Assembly (NCBI GenBank): GCA_025340205.1
Contig: CP006868.1
Span: 330,001 to 362,000 of the forward strand
Reading direction: 5' to 3'
Length of the DNA: 32,000 bases
From: Ignicoccus pacificus DSM 13166
GTDB lineage: Archaea; Thermoproteota; Thermoprotei_A; Sulfolobales; Ignicoccaceae
The position numbers and the translations under genes were made by a program. Below the pieces are notes generated by a model. It had not been told where the DNA came from. It saw nothing but the letters and a program-made list of their open reading frames with translations, and did no database searches. Shown piece after piece: positions 7,398-15,888 of the stretch (positions are counted from its first letter, which is position 1; the number at the start of each line of letters is the position of its first letter).

Positions 7398-7790
7398 ATG
7401 CTGTACATGACCTTGGACGTCTTAGCTTGTCCTTATTGCAAAGACGAAGGTTTTCCCTTGAAGCTTTATGTCATTGAAGAGAAGGAGGTGAAGAACAGGA
7501 GAAAGCCCAACATGGAGAAGCCCTACTGCGAGCTCTACTGTGGCTTCAAGGGGAAGTTCTTAAAGGAAATGAAGGAGGAGCCTCCGTGCGATGAGTGCAT
7601 CAAAAGGGAAATCGTCACCGGAGTCCTAGTGTGCCCCAAGTGCGGGAGATGGTTCCCAATAATCGAGGAGATACCTCACATGCTCCCCGATGAGCTGAGG
7701 AACAAGGAGGACGACTTGAAGTTCTTGAGGAAGTACAAGGACAAACTTCCAGAGGAGGTGCTTAGAGGGAAGCCTTGGGGATTGGAATGA
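7398..7790 (+). CDS. Trm112-like methyltransferase activator protein with Cys-rich insertion
   Basis: The 130-aa ORF has LDVLACPYCK near the N-terminus and VCPKCGRWFPIIEEIPHMLPDE near the C-terminus, which is the Trm112/UPF0434 signature. The insertion carries two more Cys pairs (CELYC and CDEC). Confidence 0.7.
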   Translation: MLYMTLDVLACPYCKDEGFPLKLYVIEEKEVKNRRKPNMEKPYCELYCGFKGKFLKEMKEEPPCDECIKREIVTGVLVCPKCGRWFPIIEEIPHMLPDELRNKEDDLKFLRKYKDKLPEEVLRGKPWGLE

Positions 7791-7825
7791 TGTTTTTAAT
7801 GGGAGGAGGGTCTTGGCGGGCCTTG

Positions 7826-7902
7826 TGGTGGGCCCGCGGGGATTCGAACCCCGGACCACCGGGTTATGAGCCCGGCGCTCTGCCTGGCTGAGCTACGGGC
7901 CC
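7826..7902 (-). tRNA. tRNA with CAU anticodon (elongator Met type, or Ile2 if C34 is modified), CCA encoded
   Basis: The reverse complement folds as GGGCCCG-TA-GCTC-AGCCAGGCA-GAGC-G-CCGGG-CTCATAA-CCCGG-TGGTC-CGGGG-TTCGAAT-CCCCG-CGGGCCC-A-CCA. All four stems are fully Watson-Crick paired. It is 74 nt plus CCA. The G1-C72 pair argues against an archaeal initiator. Confidence 0.95.
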
Positions 7903-7929
7903 TCCGTTCCCCATCCCAGCTCCTCACCC

Positions 7930-7940
7930 TTATAAATTTT
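7930..7940. promoter_or_regulatory. shared AT-rich TATA element between divergent tRNA(CAU) and THUMP methyltransferase genes
   Basis: TTATAAATTTT reads as TATA-like on both strands. It lies about 28-38 nt upstream of the tRNA 5' end (7902, minus strand) and about 30-40 nt upstream of the TTG start at 7970 (plus strand). Confidence 0.45.
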
Positions 7941-7969
7941 TCCTGAAGGTCTCTTGGCGGTAGGAGTGA

Positions 7970-8971
7970 TTGAAGGTAGTGTTTACCACCAATCCGGGCT
8001 TGGAGGACGTAGCTGCTGAGGAGGTTAGCGAGTGGGGTGTGAAGATCCTTAGCTTGGAAGAGGGGAGGGCAGAAGGCCTCTGGGAAGGGGACCTCGAAGA
8101 TTTGGTTTGGAAGCTGGAGAGATCCAATACCATACACAAGGCCTTTGCTTTGTTTTATGAGGGGGATTTCGAGAAAGTTGATTTGAGCTGGGTGAAGGAG
8201 TTCATTACCCCACATGCGGACTTCGCAGTGAGGGCCCAGAGGATAGGAGAAGGTCCCGAGTCTCCCGAGATAGCTAGAATAATCGGAGAAAAGGTTATCG
8301 ATGAGGTAAAGAAGTTCTACGGCTCTCCTCCGAAGGTGAACTTGGACTACCCTTCGATAGTGATAGTCGCCGAGTGGAGGTTTGGGAAGCTCAGGGTAGG
8401 CTTGTTGCTCAGCGGCGAGGAGTCTTTACATAGAAGGTATTATAGGGTATATGAGCATATGGCCAGCTTGAAGCCCACCATAGCCTATTCCATGTTAAAG
8501 ATGGGGGAGGCTGAGAGGGCCCAAGTCCTAGTGGATCCCATGTGCGGATCTGGAACCATAGCCATAGAGGCGACTAAGTTTTTGGTCCCCAAGATATACT
8601 GTTTTGATATAAAAGAAAAGTACGTTAAAATAGCAAAGATGAACGCCAAGGTAGCCTTAGTAGATAAAATGATAGAGTTTGACGTGTGGGACGCGAGGAG
8701 GCTACACGAAAGAGTTGAGGGAGTTGATTTGATAGTCACTAATCCACCTTATGGAGTCAGGATGGGAAGTCCCAAGAAGGTATTGAAGCTCTACGAGGAG
8801 TTCGCCTTCTCCGCCTTTAACGCATTAAAGGAAAAGGGTAAGGTAGTGATGATAACCCCCTTAAGAGAAACAGAGGAAATCTTTGAGGAAAGGGGCTTTG
8901 AGATCGTCGAGAAGAGGAATGTCTATCATGGAGACCTTTGGGTAAAGCTCTTCATCTTTAAGAAGCCTTGA
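7970..8971 (+). CDS. THUMP-domain SAM-dependent RNA (guanine-N2) methyltransferase, UPF0020 family (Trm14/TrmN/RlmL-like; Trm11 not excluded)
   Basis: The ORF is 333 aa. An N-terminal THUMP-like region is followed by DPMCGSGTIAIEA (SAM motif I) and VTNPPYGVRMG (the NPPY catalytic motif). Confidence 0.8.
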   Translation: MKVVFTTNPGLEDVAAEEVSEWGVKILSLEEGRAEGLWEGDLEDLVWKLERSNTIHKAFALFYEGDFEKVDLSWVKEFITPHADFAVRAQRIGEGPESPEIARIIGEKVIDEVKKFYGSPPKVNLDYPSIVIVAEWRFGKLRVGLLLSGEESLHRRYYRVYEHMASLKPTIAYSMLKMGEAERAQVLVDPMCGSGTIAIEATKFLVPKIYCFDIKEKYVKIAKMNAKVALVDKMIEFDVWDARRLHERVEGVDLIVTNPPYGVRMGSPKKVLKLYEEFAFSAFNALKEKGKVVMITPLRETEEIFEERGFEIVEKRNVYHGDLWVKLFIFKKP

Positions 8972-8972
8972 A

Positions 8973-9503
8973 TTATACGTTTTCCAAAACCTTCCTCAAG
9001 TCCTCATCTAAGTACTTCTCGAAGTACTTGCTTATGTATTCCTTCCACTTCCTCAAGAGCAGTTCTAAGTGATCCTTTGCATCTTCCTTATCCACTGGCC
9101 CTCCCCATAGCCCCTCCGGATCCGGTCCATGGTATTGGTAGGTATGCAGACGTAGCGCTTCTGAGGTAACGTAGGCTACGTCCTTTACACCGACCTTCTC
9201 GAGCAAGCTGCTTAACGGACTTAACCTTGAACTAGGAGCGTATACTCCTTTCTTTAAGAACCACTCTTTCTGCCTTTCATCCTTCAATAGCTTTAAGATA
9301 TTGTCCTTCTTCAAGTAAAGGAGAGCTGAAATTAGGTCCTTCCAAGCTTGGAATGCCTTTCCGCATGCGTTCCTAATGAGACCCTCCTCAGCTAGCTTCT
9401 TCGCTAGGAATGCCTCGTAGATGGAGTCCTCGACTTTCTTTTTGATAAAGTTGTCCTTTGCTGGTTCCTCTAGCTTTTCCTTTGCCTTTTCGAGAAGGTT
9501 CAT
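8973..9503 (-). CDS. PaREP1-like (HEPN-superfamily-like) helical protein
   Basis: The 176-aa ORF is all-helical in character. EEGLIRNACGKAFQAWKDLISALL and ALRLHTYQYHG resemble the PaREP1 pattern (kG....A.eK.w.A......A ... LH..fY.g) as I recall it. Confidence 0.45.
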   Translation of the reverse strand: MNLLEKAKEKLEEPAKDNFIKKKVEDSIYEAFLAKKLAEEGLIRNACGKAFQAWKDLISALLYLKKDNILKLLKDERQKEWFLKKGVYAPSSRLSPLSSLLEKVGVKDVAYVTSEALRLHTYQYHGPDPEGLWGGPVDKEDAKDHLELLLRKWKEYISKYFEKYLDEDLRKVLENV

Positions 9504-9784
9504 TCGTTAGAACCCCACTTAAGGTATTCGTCTTCCTTGAAAAGCTTAGATTAATGTTTATTGGTAATCATCAATTTCGTCCCACTCTCCTTGAGCTAAA
9601 TTACTAGTACTTGAACAGATGGGACGTTAGCTTGAAGGAAGCGTTATTTCAGTAGCGGATCAGCCTTCTTGGGACGCGATGAGGAGAGCCGGCGTGAGGA
9701 TCGAATGACTTCAGGATCACCGGACCGAGCTTCTCATGGAGCATTGATATACGAGCTGGCCAAGCTCTCAGAGGGGTTCAAGCT

Positions 9785-11470
9785 TTGGAGGTAATTGGAC
9801 CTTACGACGTAGTAGTGGTGGGAGGAGGACTAGCGGGCCTGAGAGCTGCCATAGAGGTGAAGAGGCTGGGAGCCACTGTTCTAGTAATAGCTAAGTCCCA
9901 CCCCTTGAGGAGCCACTCCTCCGCCGCCGAAGGGGGTATTGCTGCTTACATAGAAGGGGCCTCCGATCCAAGGGACTCTCCCCTCCAGCACGCTTACGAT
10001 ACCGTGAAGGGTTCCGATTGGCTAGCTGATCAAGACGCAGTAGAGCTCATGACTAGGGATGCGGAGAGGGCGATAATAGAGCTTGAGAAGTGGGGATGCC
10101 TTTTCTCCAGGGATCAAGAGGGAAGGATAGCTAGGAGGCCCTTCGGAGGACACACCTATCCCAGAACTAGGTTCGCTGCGGATAAAACTGGAATGTGCTT
10201 GCTCCACACGGTCTTTGAAAGGGCCTTAGCAGAAGGGGTGGAGATGCTCTACGAGTTCTACGTAACCGACTTGGTTAGTGACAAGGAGAGGGTTTACGGA
10301 GTCTACGGCTTCGACCTTAGGAGCGGGGTCGATTACTTCATAAAGAGCAAAGCAGTGGTAATGGCTACGGGCGGAGGAGGCCTAATGTACAAGTTCTCCA
10401 CCAACAGCTATCTTAATTCCGGAGATGGGTACGCGATAGCCGCTAGAGCCGGAGCTAAGCTAGCCGACATGGAGTTCATCCAGTTTCACCCCACCGCTCT
10501 GTATCCAACTAACATCTTGATTACAGAGGCCGCCAGAGGAGAGGGAGGATACCTAATCAATAAGGAAGGAGAGAGGTTCATGAAAAGGTACGCTCCAGAG
10601 AGGATGGAGCTGGCTCCTAGGGACGTGGTCGCTAGGGCAATAGTGAACGAGATCAAGGAGGGAAGAGGCTTCGAGGGAGGTTACGTCCTCTTGGATCTAA
10701 CTCACTTGGGAGAGGCGAAGATCATGGAGAGACTGCCATTGGTAAGGGAAGTGGCCATGAAGTTCGCTAAGGTGGATCCGGTGAAGGAGCCCATACCCGT
10801 TAGGCCCGCTGCCCACTATACCATGGGAGGAATCAAGACAGACTTGGACGGAGCAACCAACGTGAAGGGGTTATTCGCAGCCGGAGAGGCCGCCTGCGTC
10901 AGCGTCCACGGAGCTAACAGGCTAGGAAGTAACTCCTTGTTGGAGACCTTGGTCTTCGGAAGGAGGGCCGGAATGGCTGCAGCAGCTTATGCTAAGGACA
11001 GGGGCTACATGGAGCCCCCGAAGGAAGCGGTGAAGGAAGCTGAGGCTAGGCTGTGGGCTCCCACTACCTTGGAGACCGGGTTGAAGTTCGGAGACTTGAG
11101 GAAGAAGGTAGGAGAGATAATGTGGGAGCACGTTGGAATAGAGAGGAATGAAGAGGGACTGAAGAAGGCAGTGGAGGAGCTAACCAATCTGTACAGGTTA
11201 ACCAAGAGCTTGAGCGCTAGTGGAGGTCCCGGGGCCTATGAACTAATGGCCGCCCACGAGACCATAAACATGATAATGAACGCCTTGGCAACCGCTCAAG
11301 CAGCCCTCTGGAGGACCGAGAGCAGGGGAGCCCATTATAGGATAGACTACCCGAAGAGAGACAACGAAAACTGGTTGGTCCACACCATAATGACTTGGAA
11401 GGGAGGATGGGAGCTGAGCAAGGAGCCGGTCACCATAACCAGGTGGCCTCCTGAAGAGAGGAAGTACTAA
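9785..11470 (+). CDS. sdhA: succinate dehydrogenase / fumarate reductase-type flavoprotein subunit
   Basis: The ORF is 561 aa. [15 protein letters not shown] is the FAD fold. [13 protein letters not shown] contains the covalent-FAD His position. Also present are [27 protein letters not shown], and the C-terminal [23 protein letters not shown]. No Fe-S or membrane subunit genes are adjacent. Confidence 0.8.
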   Translation: MEVIGPYDVVVVGGGLAGLRAAIEVKRLGATVLVIAKSHPLRSHSSAAEGGIAAYIEGASDPRDSPLQHAYDTVKGSDWLADQDAVELMTRDAERAIIELEKWGCLFSRDQEGRIARRPFGGHTYPRTRFAADKTGMCLLHTVFERALAEGVEMLYEFYVTDLVSDKERVYGVYGFDLRSGVDYFIKSKAVVMATGGGGLMYKFSTNSYLNSGDGYAIAARAGAKLADMEFIQFHPTALYPTNILITEAARGEGGYLINKEGERFMKRYAPERMELAPRDVVARAIVNEIKEGRGFEGGYVLLDLTHLGEAKIMERLPLVREVAMKFAKVDPVKEPIPVRPAAHYTMGGIKTDLDGATNVKGLFAAGEAACVSVHGANRLGSNSLLETLVFGRRAGMAAAAYAKDRGYMEPPKEAVKEAEARLWAPTTLETGLKFGDLRKKVGEIMWEHVGIERNEEGLKKAVEELTNLYRLTKSLSASGGPGAYELMAAHETINMIMNALATAQAALWRTESRGAHYRIDYPKRDNENWLVHTIMTWKGGWELSKEPVTITRWPPEERKY

Positions 11471-12024
11471 TCCATCCTCCTACTTGTAAAGAATTTTCTA
11501 ACATAGATGCACTTGTTCTTAATGTTTAAAGTGTTACAGCATTCTAATATTCCTCTATCCTCTGTCACAGCAATATATGTACAACGTGTCGCTAATTCGA
11601 GGATCTTCTTATCTATTGTACTCAAGGGATTGCCTTTCTTAGGTTTACAATCGATATGAGGGACGTAATCCTCACCAAAGGGATCTAGCAGTATTCTTTC
11701 GTATCCTATAATCTTTTCAATGCTTAGTCTTACTAATGCCTTTATCTTTCTGAATATACATATGTTATTACGTACTATTATCATCCCTCTCTTTTTTGAT
11801 TCCATTTTAACTGAGTCATACAAGAATTCGACAACCCGTGAGGTTAACGGATCATACTCCTTTGGATTACGTTCTGTGATGAGATATTGGCATATGTACC
11901 CAGCCATCGACTTGGAGTATTCATCTATGATCGTGTTCAGTATGACCCAATCCTTGTGTTTGGGCTTATACCCTAGTAGGAGATAGGTTATACAGTTAGC
12001 ATCCAGAAGAATGGGTATGCTCAC
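11467..12024 (-). CDS. PIN-domain nuclease with large internal insertion (toxin-like)
   Basis: The ORF is 185 aa. The N-terminal [14 protein letters not shown] supplies the first PIN Asp. [27 protein letters not shown] gives the D...A and T.D motifs at the C-terminus. The region is AT-rich (18/60 G+C in a hand-counted sample at 11471-11530). An ATGA overlap links it to the upstream ORF. Confidence 0.65.
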   Translation of the reverse strand: MSIPILLDANCITYLLLGYKPKHKDWVILNTIIDEYSKSMAGYICQYLITERNPKEYDPLTSRVVEFLYDSVKMESKKRGMIIVRNNICIFRKIKALVRLSIEKIIGYERILLDPFGEDYVPHIDCKPKKGNPLSTIDKKILELATRCTYIAVTEDRGILECCNTLNIKNKCIYVRKFFTSRRMD

Positions 12025-12485
12025 TCATCGAGCACCCCATAGGCTATAGCGTAATCTTCAGCTTCCTCTAGGGATTCCTCTATTATTTCTCTTAGTAGTT
12101 CCTTTCCCTTTTTGTCCTCCAATTCTTCTAGGAGCTTTATTTTTGCTATTGCGTGATATAGGGGTGCGAGTATTAATGCTCTTTCGTCTTCGTTGAGGTT
12201 CTCCCATTTGGGAGAGCATTGAGCTCTAAGCACTTTTAGTATCTTGTTGGTAAGAGGGTCTGGGTCCGTCAGCTCTGACTCTTTGCACAATACTTCTCTC
12301 ATTTTCTTCCAGTATTCCTTTTCAAATTTGGATAGCGAAGTTATGTATTCTTTAGTAATGTTTATTGCCTCACTCAGCTTTACCTTCCCAATCAGTTTGC
12401 TTAGCACTTCCATCAGCTTCTCGGGATTTCCGGATCCAATTATATCGCTCCGTGCGACATCTGAGGGGCTAATCACTATAATCAC
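12021..12485 (-). CDS. hypothetical helical acidic protein, putative cognate partner of the PIN protein
   Basis: The 154-aa ORF is translationally coupled to the PIN gene by a 4-nt overlap and shares its AT-rich composition. The C-terminus is acidic ([19 protein letters not shown]). No DNA-binding motif is recognised. Confidence 0.5.
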   Translation of the reverse strand: MIIVISPSDVARSDIIGSGNPEKLMEVLSKLIGKVKLSEAINITKEYITSLSKFEKEYWKKMREVLCKESELTDPDPLTNKILKVLRAQCSPKWENLNEDERALILAPLYHAIAKIKLLEELEDKKGKELLREIIEESLEEAEDYAIAYGVLDE

Positions 12486-12562
12486 CTTCTATAGAAGGAT
12501 CTTCCTAACAGACCCAATTAGTGGATAGGTTCGGGAAAATATAAGATTTAGTCTTTACACGA

Positions 12563-12919
12563 TTACTTCACGGTCAATCTGAATTCCTCCTTCTTCCCCT
12601 CCTTATCAAATATCATGACCACGAACTCCCTCTTCCTCTCTTGCACGAGCTCTGCCGGCTTTATGGTAACGACATAGCTTCCATCCTCTAGTTGATGGTA
12701 GTTCTCGACCACGTATTCCCTCCCGAGCCTTTCGGATATTGAAAATGCCATGTCCTCAAAGTAGTCGTAGGCTCCGCAAGTGAAGCATATGTGGCCCTTG
12801 AAGAGTATCTTTATCTCATCCTCCTTGGCCTCTAGCACTTCACACTCCGCCGAGAACCTCTCATTGAACTCCTTGACCGCCTCTTCAACAGCTTTCCTCA
12901 CGTCCATAGCTGAACCCAT
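12563..12919 (-). CDS. hypothetical protein (118 aa)
   Basis: The ORF has core-like composition and lies downstream of the methyltransferase gene on the same strand. It contains HICFTCGAYDYFEDM. No family is recognised. Confidence 0.5.
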   Translation of the reverse strand: MGSAMDVRKAVEEAVKEFNERFSAECEVLEAKEDEIKILFKGHICFTCGAYDYFEDMAFSISERLGREYVVENYHQLEDGSYVVTIKPAELVQERKREFVVMIFDKEGKKEEFRLTVK

Positions 12920-12944
12920 GTTAACGGTGTAAAATAGGAGCTTA

Positions 12945-13481
12945 TTAAGCTGGATACTTGAAGCAGGCGAACCACTCCAAGTCGCAAACCTTCCCCCAAT
13001 CCTTAAACTGGTCCTTGCTCAAGAACTTAGAATACTTGTATATGGGATGGCCCTTCCTCCCCCTCTCCTCGTACTTCTTAGCTAGCCCGCTTTCCTTGGG
13101 AATTATACAAGCTACTACGCTCTTGCTGACCCTCTCGGCCTCCTTCAACGCTTTCTTCACATCGTTTACAAAGCAGAGGGAGGTTACGAAGAAGGAGGAG
13201 TCGAAGGAGTTTGAGCGGAAAGGTAACATCTCAGCTATTCCCAAGATCGCTTCCACGTCCTTCCTCTTTGCGACCTTTAGAGCCCCTAAAGCGGGATCTA
13301 GGTTTACAGCTCCGAGAGGGGAGGAGAATGCTCCGGTTCCCCCTCCTACTTCCAATATCCTCTTCCCTTGGATCCCCTTCTTAACGCACTTGAGCTCCTT
13401 CTTGTAAATTTCTTCCTTCTCCTCGTACCACTTATCATATTCCTCGGCTACCTGAGAAAACACCTCGAAGCTCATCTTCAC
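12945..13481 (-). CDS. class I SAM-dependent methyltransferase
   Basis: The ORF is 178 aa. RILEVGGGTGAFS is SAM-binding motif I, and there is a downstream acidic-loop pattern. The start overlaps the srp54 stop by 4 nt. Confidence 0.75.
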   Translation of the reverse strand: MKMSFEVFSQVAEEYDKWYEEKEEIYKKELKCVKKGIQGKRILEVGGGTGAFSSPLGAVNLDPALGALKVAKRKDVEAILGIAEMLPFRSNSFDSSFFVTSLCFVNDVKKALKEAERVSKSVVACIIPKESGLAKKYEERGRKGHPIYKYSKFLSKDQFKDWGKVCDLEWFACFKYPA

Positions 13482-14803
13482 TCTCCCATCTGGTTCATGA
13501 GCTTTGCCAACAGACCCTTCTTCCTCTTCAATTGCTTTATCATCTTCTTTGTCATGTTATATTGTCTCAGCAACTCCTCAACGTCCCTTACGGAGGTACC
13601 GGAGCCTATAGCGATCCTCCTCATCCTCGACCTGTTTATTATGCTTGGCTTTTTCAGTTCCTCCATTGTCATTGAGTTTAGTATCGCTAGCCACTTATCC
13701 AAGACCTTGTCGTCAACTTGCCCCAGTATCTTGTCGCTCATAGCTAGGCCTACTCCGGGAAGCATCTGCAGAAGCTTCTTCAGCGATCCCATCTTCTTAA
13801 CAGAGATTATTTGGTAGTAGAGGTCTTGGAGGGTGAACTCTCCTTTTTCCATGATCTTCTCGCTTAGCTCCTCTAGCTTCCCTCCCTCCTCTATCTCCTT
13901 CAGCCTTTCTAGGAGGCCCTCCAAGTCTCCTAGGCCGAGTATCCTTGCTACGAACTTCTTGGGCTTGAAGACTTCCAGCTCATCCAGCTTCTCTCCAGTT
14001 CCTATGAACTTTATGGGAGCTCCGGTGACCGCTACCGCGCTTAAGGCACCTCCTCCCTTTGCCGTTCCATCAAGCTTGGTTATTACAATAGACCCTATGG
14101 GAGTAGTTTTGTGGAACGTCTCTGCCAGAGGCTTCGCTTGCTGACCTATGCTGGCGTCAATTACGAGCATGACCTCGTCAGGATTTATCTCCTTTGCGAT
14201 GTCTTCCATTTCCTTTAGCAAGTCAGCTTCCTTTCTGTGCCTTCCAGCGGTGTCAACAATGATTATCTCAGCACCCTTCTTCTTTGCCCATTCCACCCCC
14301 CTCTTCGCTATTCCTACCGCGTCATCTCCCGGCTCGGTGTAGAAGAGAACTCCGACCCTTTCCGCTAGCTGCCTAAGCTGGTCCTTCGCTCCGGGCCTGT
14401 AGGTGTCGGCGGCAACCAAGGCTACTCTGTATCCTCTCACTTTATAGAACCTGGCCAGCTTTCCGGTAGTGGTGGTCTTACCGGATCCTTGAACTCCGAC
14501 CATCATTATGACCCAAGGTATCTTCTTAGGCTTCACGTCCGGCTCAACGTCGCCTCCGAAGAGGTTCGCCAACTCCTCGTATACTATCTTGATGAACCAA
14601 TCCCTCCTCGACGCTCCGGGCGGGGGCTTCTCCTTGAGGGCCCTCTCCTTTATCCTCCTGGTAAGCTGGAGCACTAGCCTCACGTTTACGTCAGATTTTA
14701 TCAAGGTCTTCTGTAGCTCCTTGACGAACATGTTAACCGAGGTCTCGTAGTCTGCCGAAGACCTCAAGAACTTCCTCACGGCGTCCCTAACGCCTTCTAG
14801 CAA
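13478..14803 (-). CDS. srp54: signal recognition particle protein SRP54
   Basis: The ORF is 441 aa. It has the NG domain with GVQGSGKTTTTGKLA, DTAGR and TKLDG, and a Met-rich M domain (KKMGSLKKLLQMLPGVGLAM). It has a TTG start. Confidence 0.95.
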   Translation of the reverse strand: MLEGVRDAVRKFLRSSADYETSVNMFVKELQKTLIKSDVNVRLVLQLTRRIKERALKEKPPPGASRRDWFIKIVYEELANLFGGDVEPDVKPKKIPWVIMMVGVQGSGKTTTTGKLARFYKVRGYRVALVAADTYRPGAKDQLRQLAERVGVLFYTEPGDDAVGIAKRGVEWAKKKGAEIIIVDTAGRHRKEADLLKEMEDIAKEINPDEVMLVIDASIGQQAKPLAETFHKTTPIGSIVITKLDGTAKGGGALSAVAVTGAPIKFIGTGEKLDELEVFKPKKFVARILGLGDLEGLLERLKEIEEGGKLEELSEKIMEKGEFTLQDLYYQIISVKKMGSLKKLLQMLPGVGLAMSDKILGQVDDKVLDKWLAILNSMTMEELKKPSIINRSRMRRIAIGSGTSVRDVEELLRQYNMTKKMIKQLKRKKGLLAKLMNQMGE

Positions 14804-14920
14804 GCGTCCTACCCACTATTCGGATTGAGCGAGGGTTTAATGTTAGGACGACGCCCAGCGTCTTAAGGGACTCTATATTGATTAAAAGCTGGCCCGGAGC
14901 CATACAGACGGTAGTGAAGC

Positions 14921-15835
14921 GTGCCGCTATTCGGGAGGAAGAAGGCCAGTAAGAAAGAGGAGAAGCACATTGAGCCCCCGCCGAACAGCATAGGCATAGT
15001 GGGCTTCAAGGGAGGAGTCGGAAAGACTGCAACGGCAATAGAGCTCAGCTTCTTGGTGGCGAGGAGAGGGATGACTCCTTCCTTGATAGACTGGGATCCC
15101 TACAACGCGAGAGCTACTATAAGAATCCTAGGAAGCAACTGGGAGGTGCCTTGCGGCGCTTGGGACTACGTGGCCGGAGACTGCTCCAAGGGCCCTTCGG
15201 AGGCCGCGATAAGGGTGAAGGTGAAGAGGGAGGAAGGAGGAAAGCCTCTGAACCTCTTCCTCTCTCCACCCACTAGGACATACGGAGCGGTGACGGACAA
15301 GATACTCGAGGCCTTAGGAAACCCGGATTACCCCAAGAGGGCGGAGAGGGCCAACGAGCTGGCTAGGTATATGGGCAACATAGGAGACATAGTGTTCAAC
15401 GACTTCCAAGTCCCCTCGTGGATGGGGCTTCAAGCGTTCAAGGAGATAGTGGACGTGACCTCCAGATGGCTAATAGTTGTGGTTGATCACTTACCCCAGA
15501 GCTTCCAGCAGACGGAGCACTTGACTAAAATGCTCTTCCCCAACAAGGTCCTAGCCTTAATCGTAAGCAAGGTTCCCCCCGCCCTCTTGGCTAATCCTCA
15601 AGAGAATAAGACCATAATGGCTAACGCAAAGAAGCTCCAGAATAGCATAGGTGCTAAGGTTCTGGCAATAGTTCCCTTCGACGCGGCCTTATACGACCAG
15701 ACCACCAGAGGAGCAGCCGCTTCCGTAGCCGCATCCAAGGATCCATCTAAGGTCAGGAGTCTGAGGATACTCAACAGATTGCTCAACGTGATAATAGACG
15801 AGGTGCTCAAGAACAAGCCCGGAGTAGGAATATGA
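14921..15835 (+). CDS. ParA/MinD-superfamily P-loop ATPase with N-terminal basic PLFGRKK extension
   Basis: The ORF is 304 aa with a GTG start. The deviant Walker A GFKGGVGKTATA is present. The 23-residue N-terminal extension MPLFGRKKASKKEEKHIEPPPNS precedes the ATPase core. An AT-rich TATA-like stretch lies at 14873-14888. Confidence 0.8.
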   Translation: MPLFGRKKASKKEEKHIEPPPNSIGIVGFKGGVGKTATAIELSFLVARRGMTPSLIDWDPYNARATIRILGSNWEVPCGAWDYVAGDCSKGPSEAAIRVKVKREEGGKPLNLFLSPPTRTYGAVTDKILEALGNPDYPKRAERANELARYMGNIGDIVFNDFQVPSWMGLQAFKEIVDVTSRWLIVVVDHLPQSFQQTEHLTKMLFPNKVLALIVSKVPPALLANPQENKTIMANAKKLQNSIGAKVLAIVPFDAALYDQTTRGAAASVAASKDPSKVRSLRILNRLLNVIIDEVLKNKPGVGI

Positions 15836-15888
15836 GATGAGAGAGGTAGAAACCCCGACTGAGCGGTGATGAGGGAGTTTTCGGTCGA

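Noticed and set aside
7796-8215. A 139-aa minus-strand ORF (and 7626..7859, 7930..8139) spans the tRNA and the methyltransferase start.
   Set aside because: It runs through a perfect tRNA cloverleaf and is antisense to a motif-supported CDS. Its P/S/R-rich composition is typical of shadow frames.
9668-9730. GAUGAGG-containing stretches upstream of sdhA (9678-9684), and the recurrence of GAUGAG(G) in several intergenic regions (373-379, 16780-16786, 30417-30423, 30441-30447), were considered as a family of C/D or K-turn RNAs.
   Set aside because: The 9668-9730 region lacks a box D and a terminal stem. A 7-mer made of the Asp-Glu codons GAT GAG is expected to be frequent in this E/D-rich genome, so its recurrence alone is not evidence.
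13368-14750. Several + strand ORFs lie opposite srp54 (13368..13817, 13833..14144, 14148..14342, 14489..14750). Similar S/P/L-rich antisense ORFs lie opposite DUF1152 (3074..3766, 4092..4457), rgy (17795..19294), the antiporter (30499..31903) and the cluster genes (for example 23941..24180, 25533..25769).
   Set aside because: All are antisense or out-of-frame shadows of long motif-bearing genes. They have low-complexity Ser/Pro/Leu composition and no start context.
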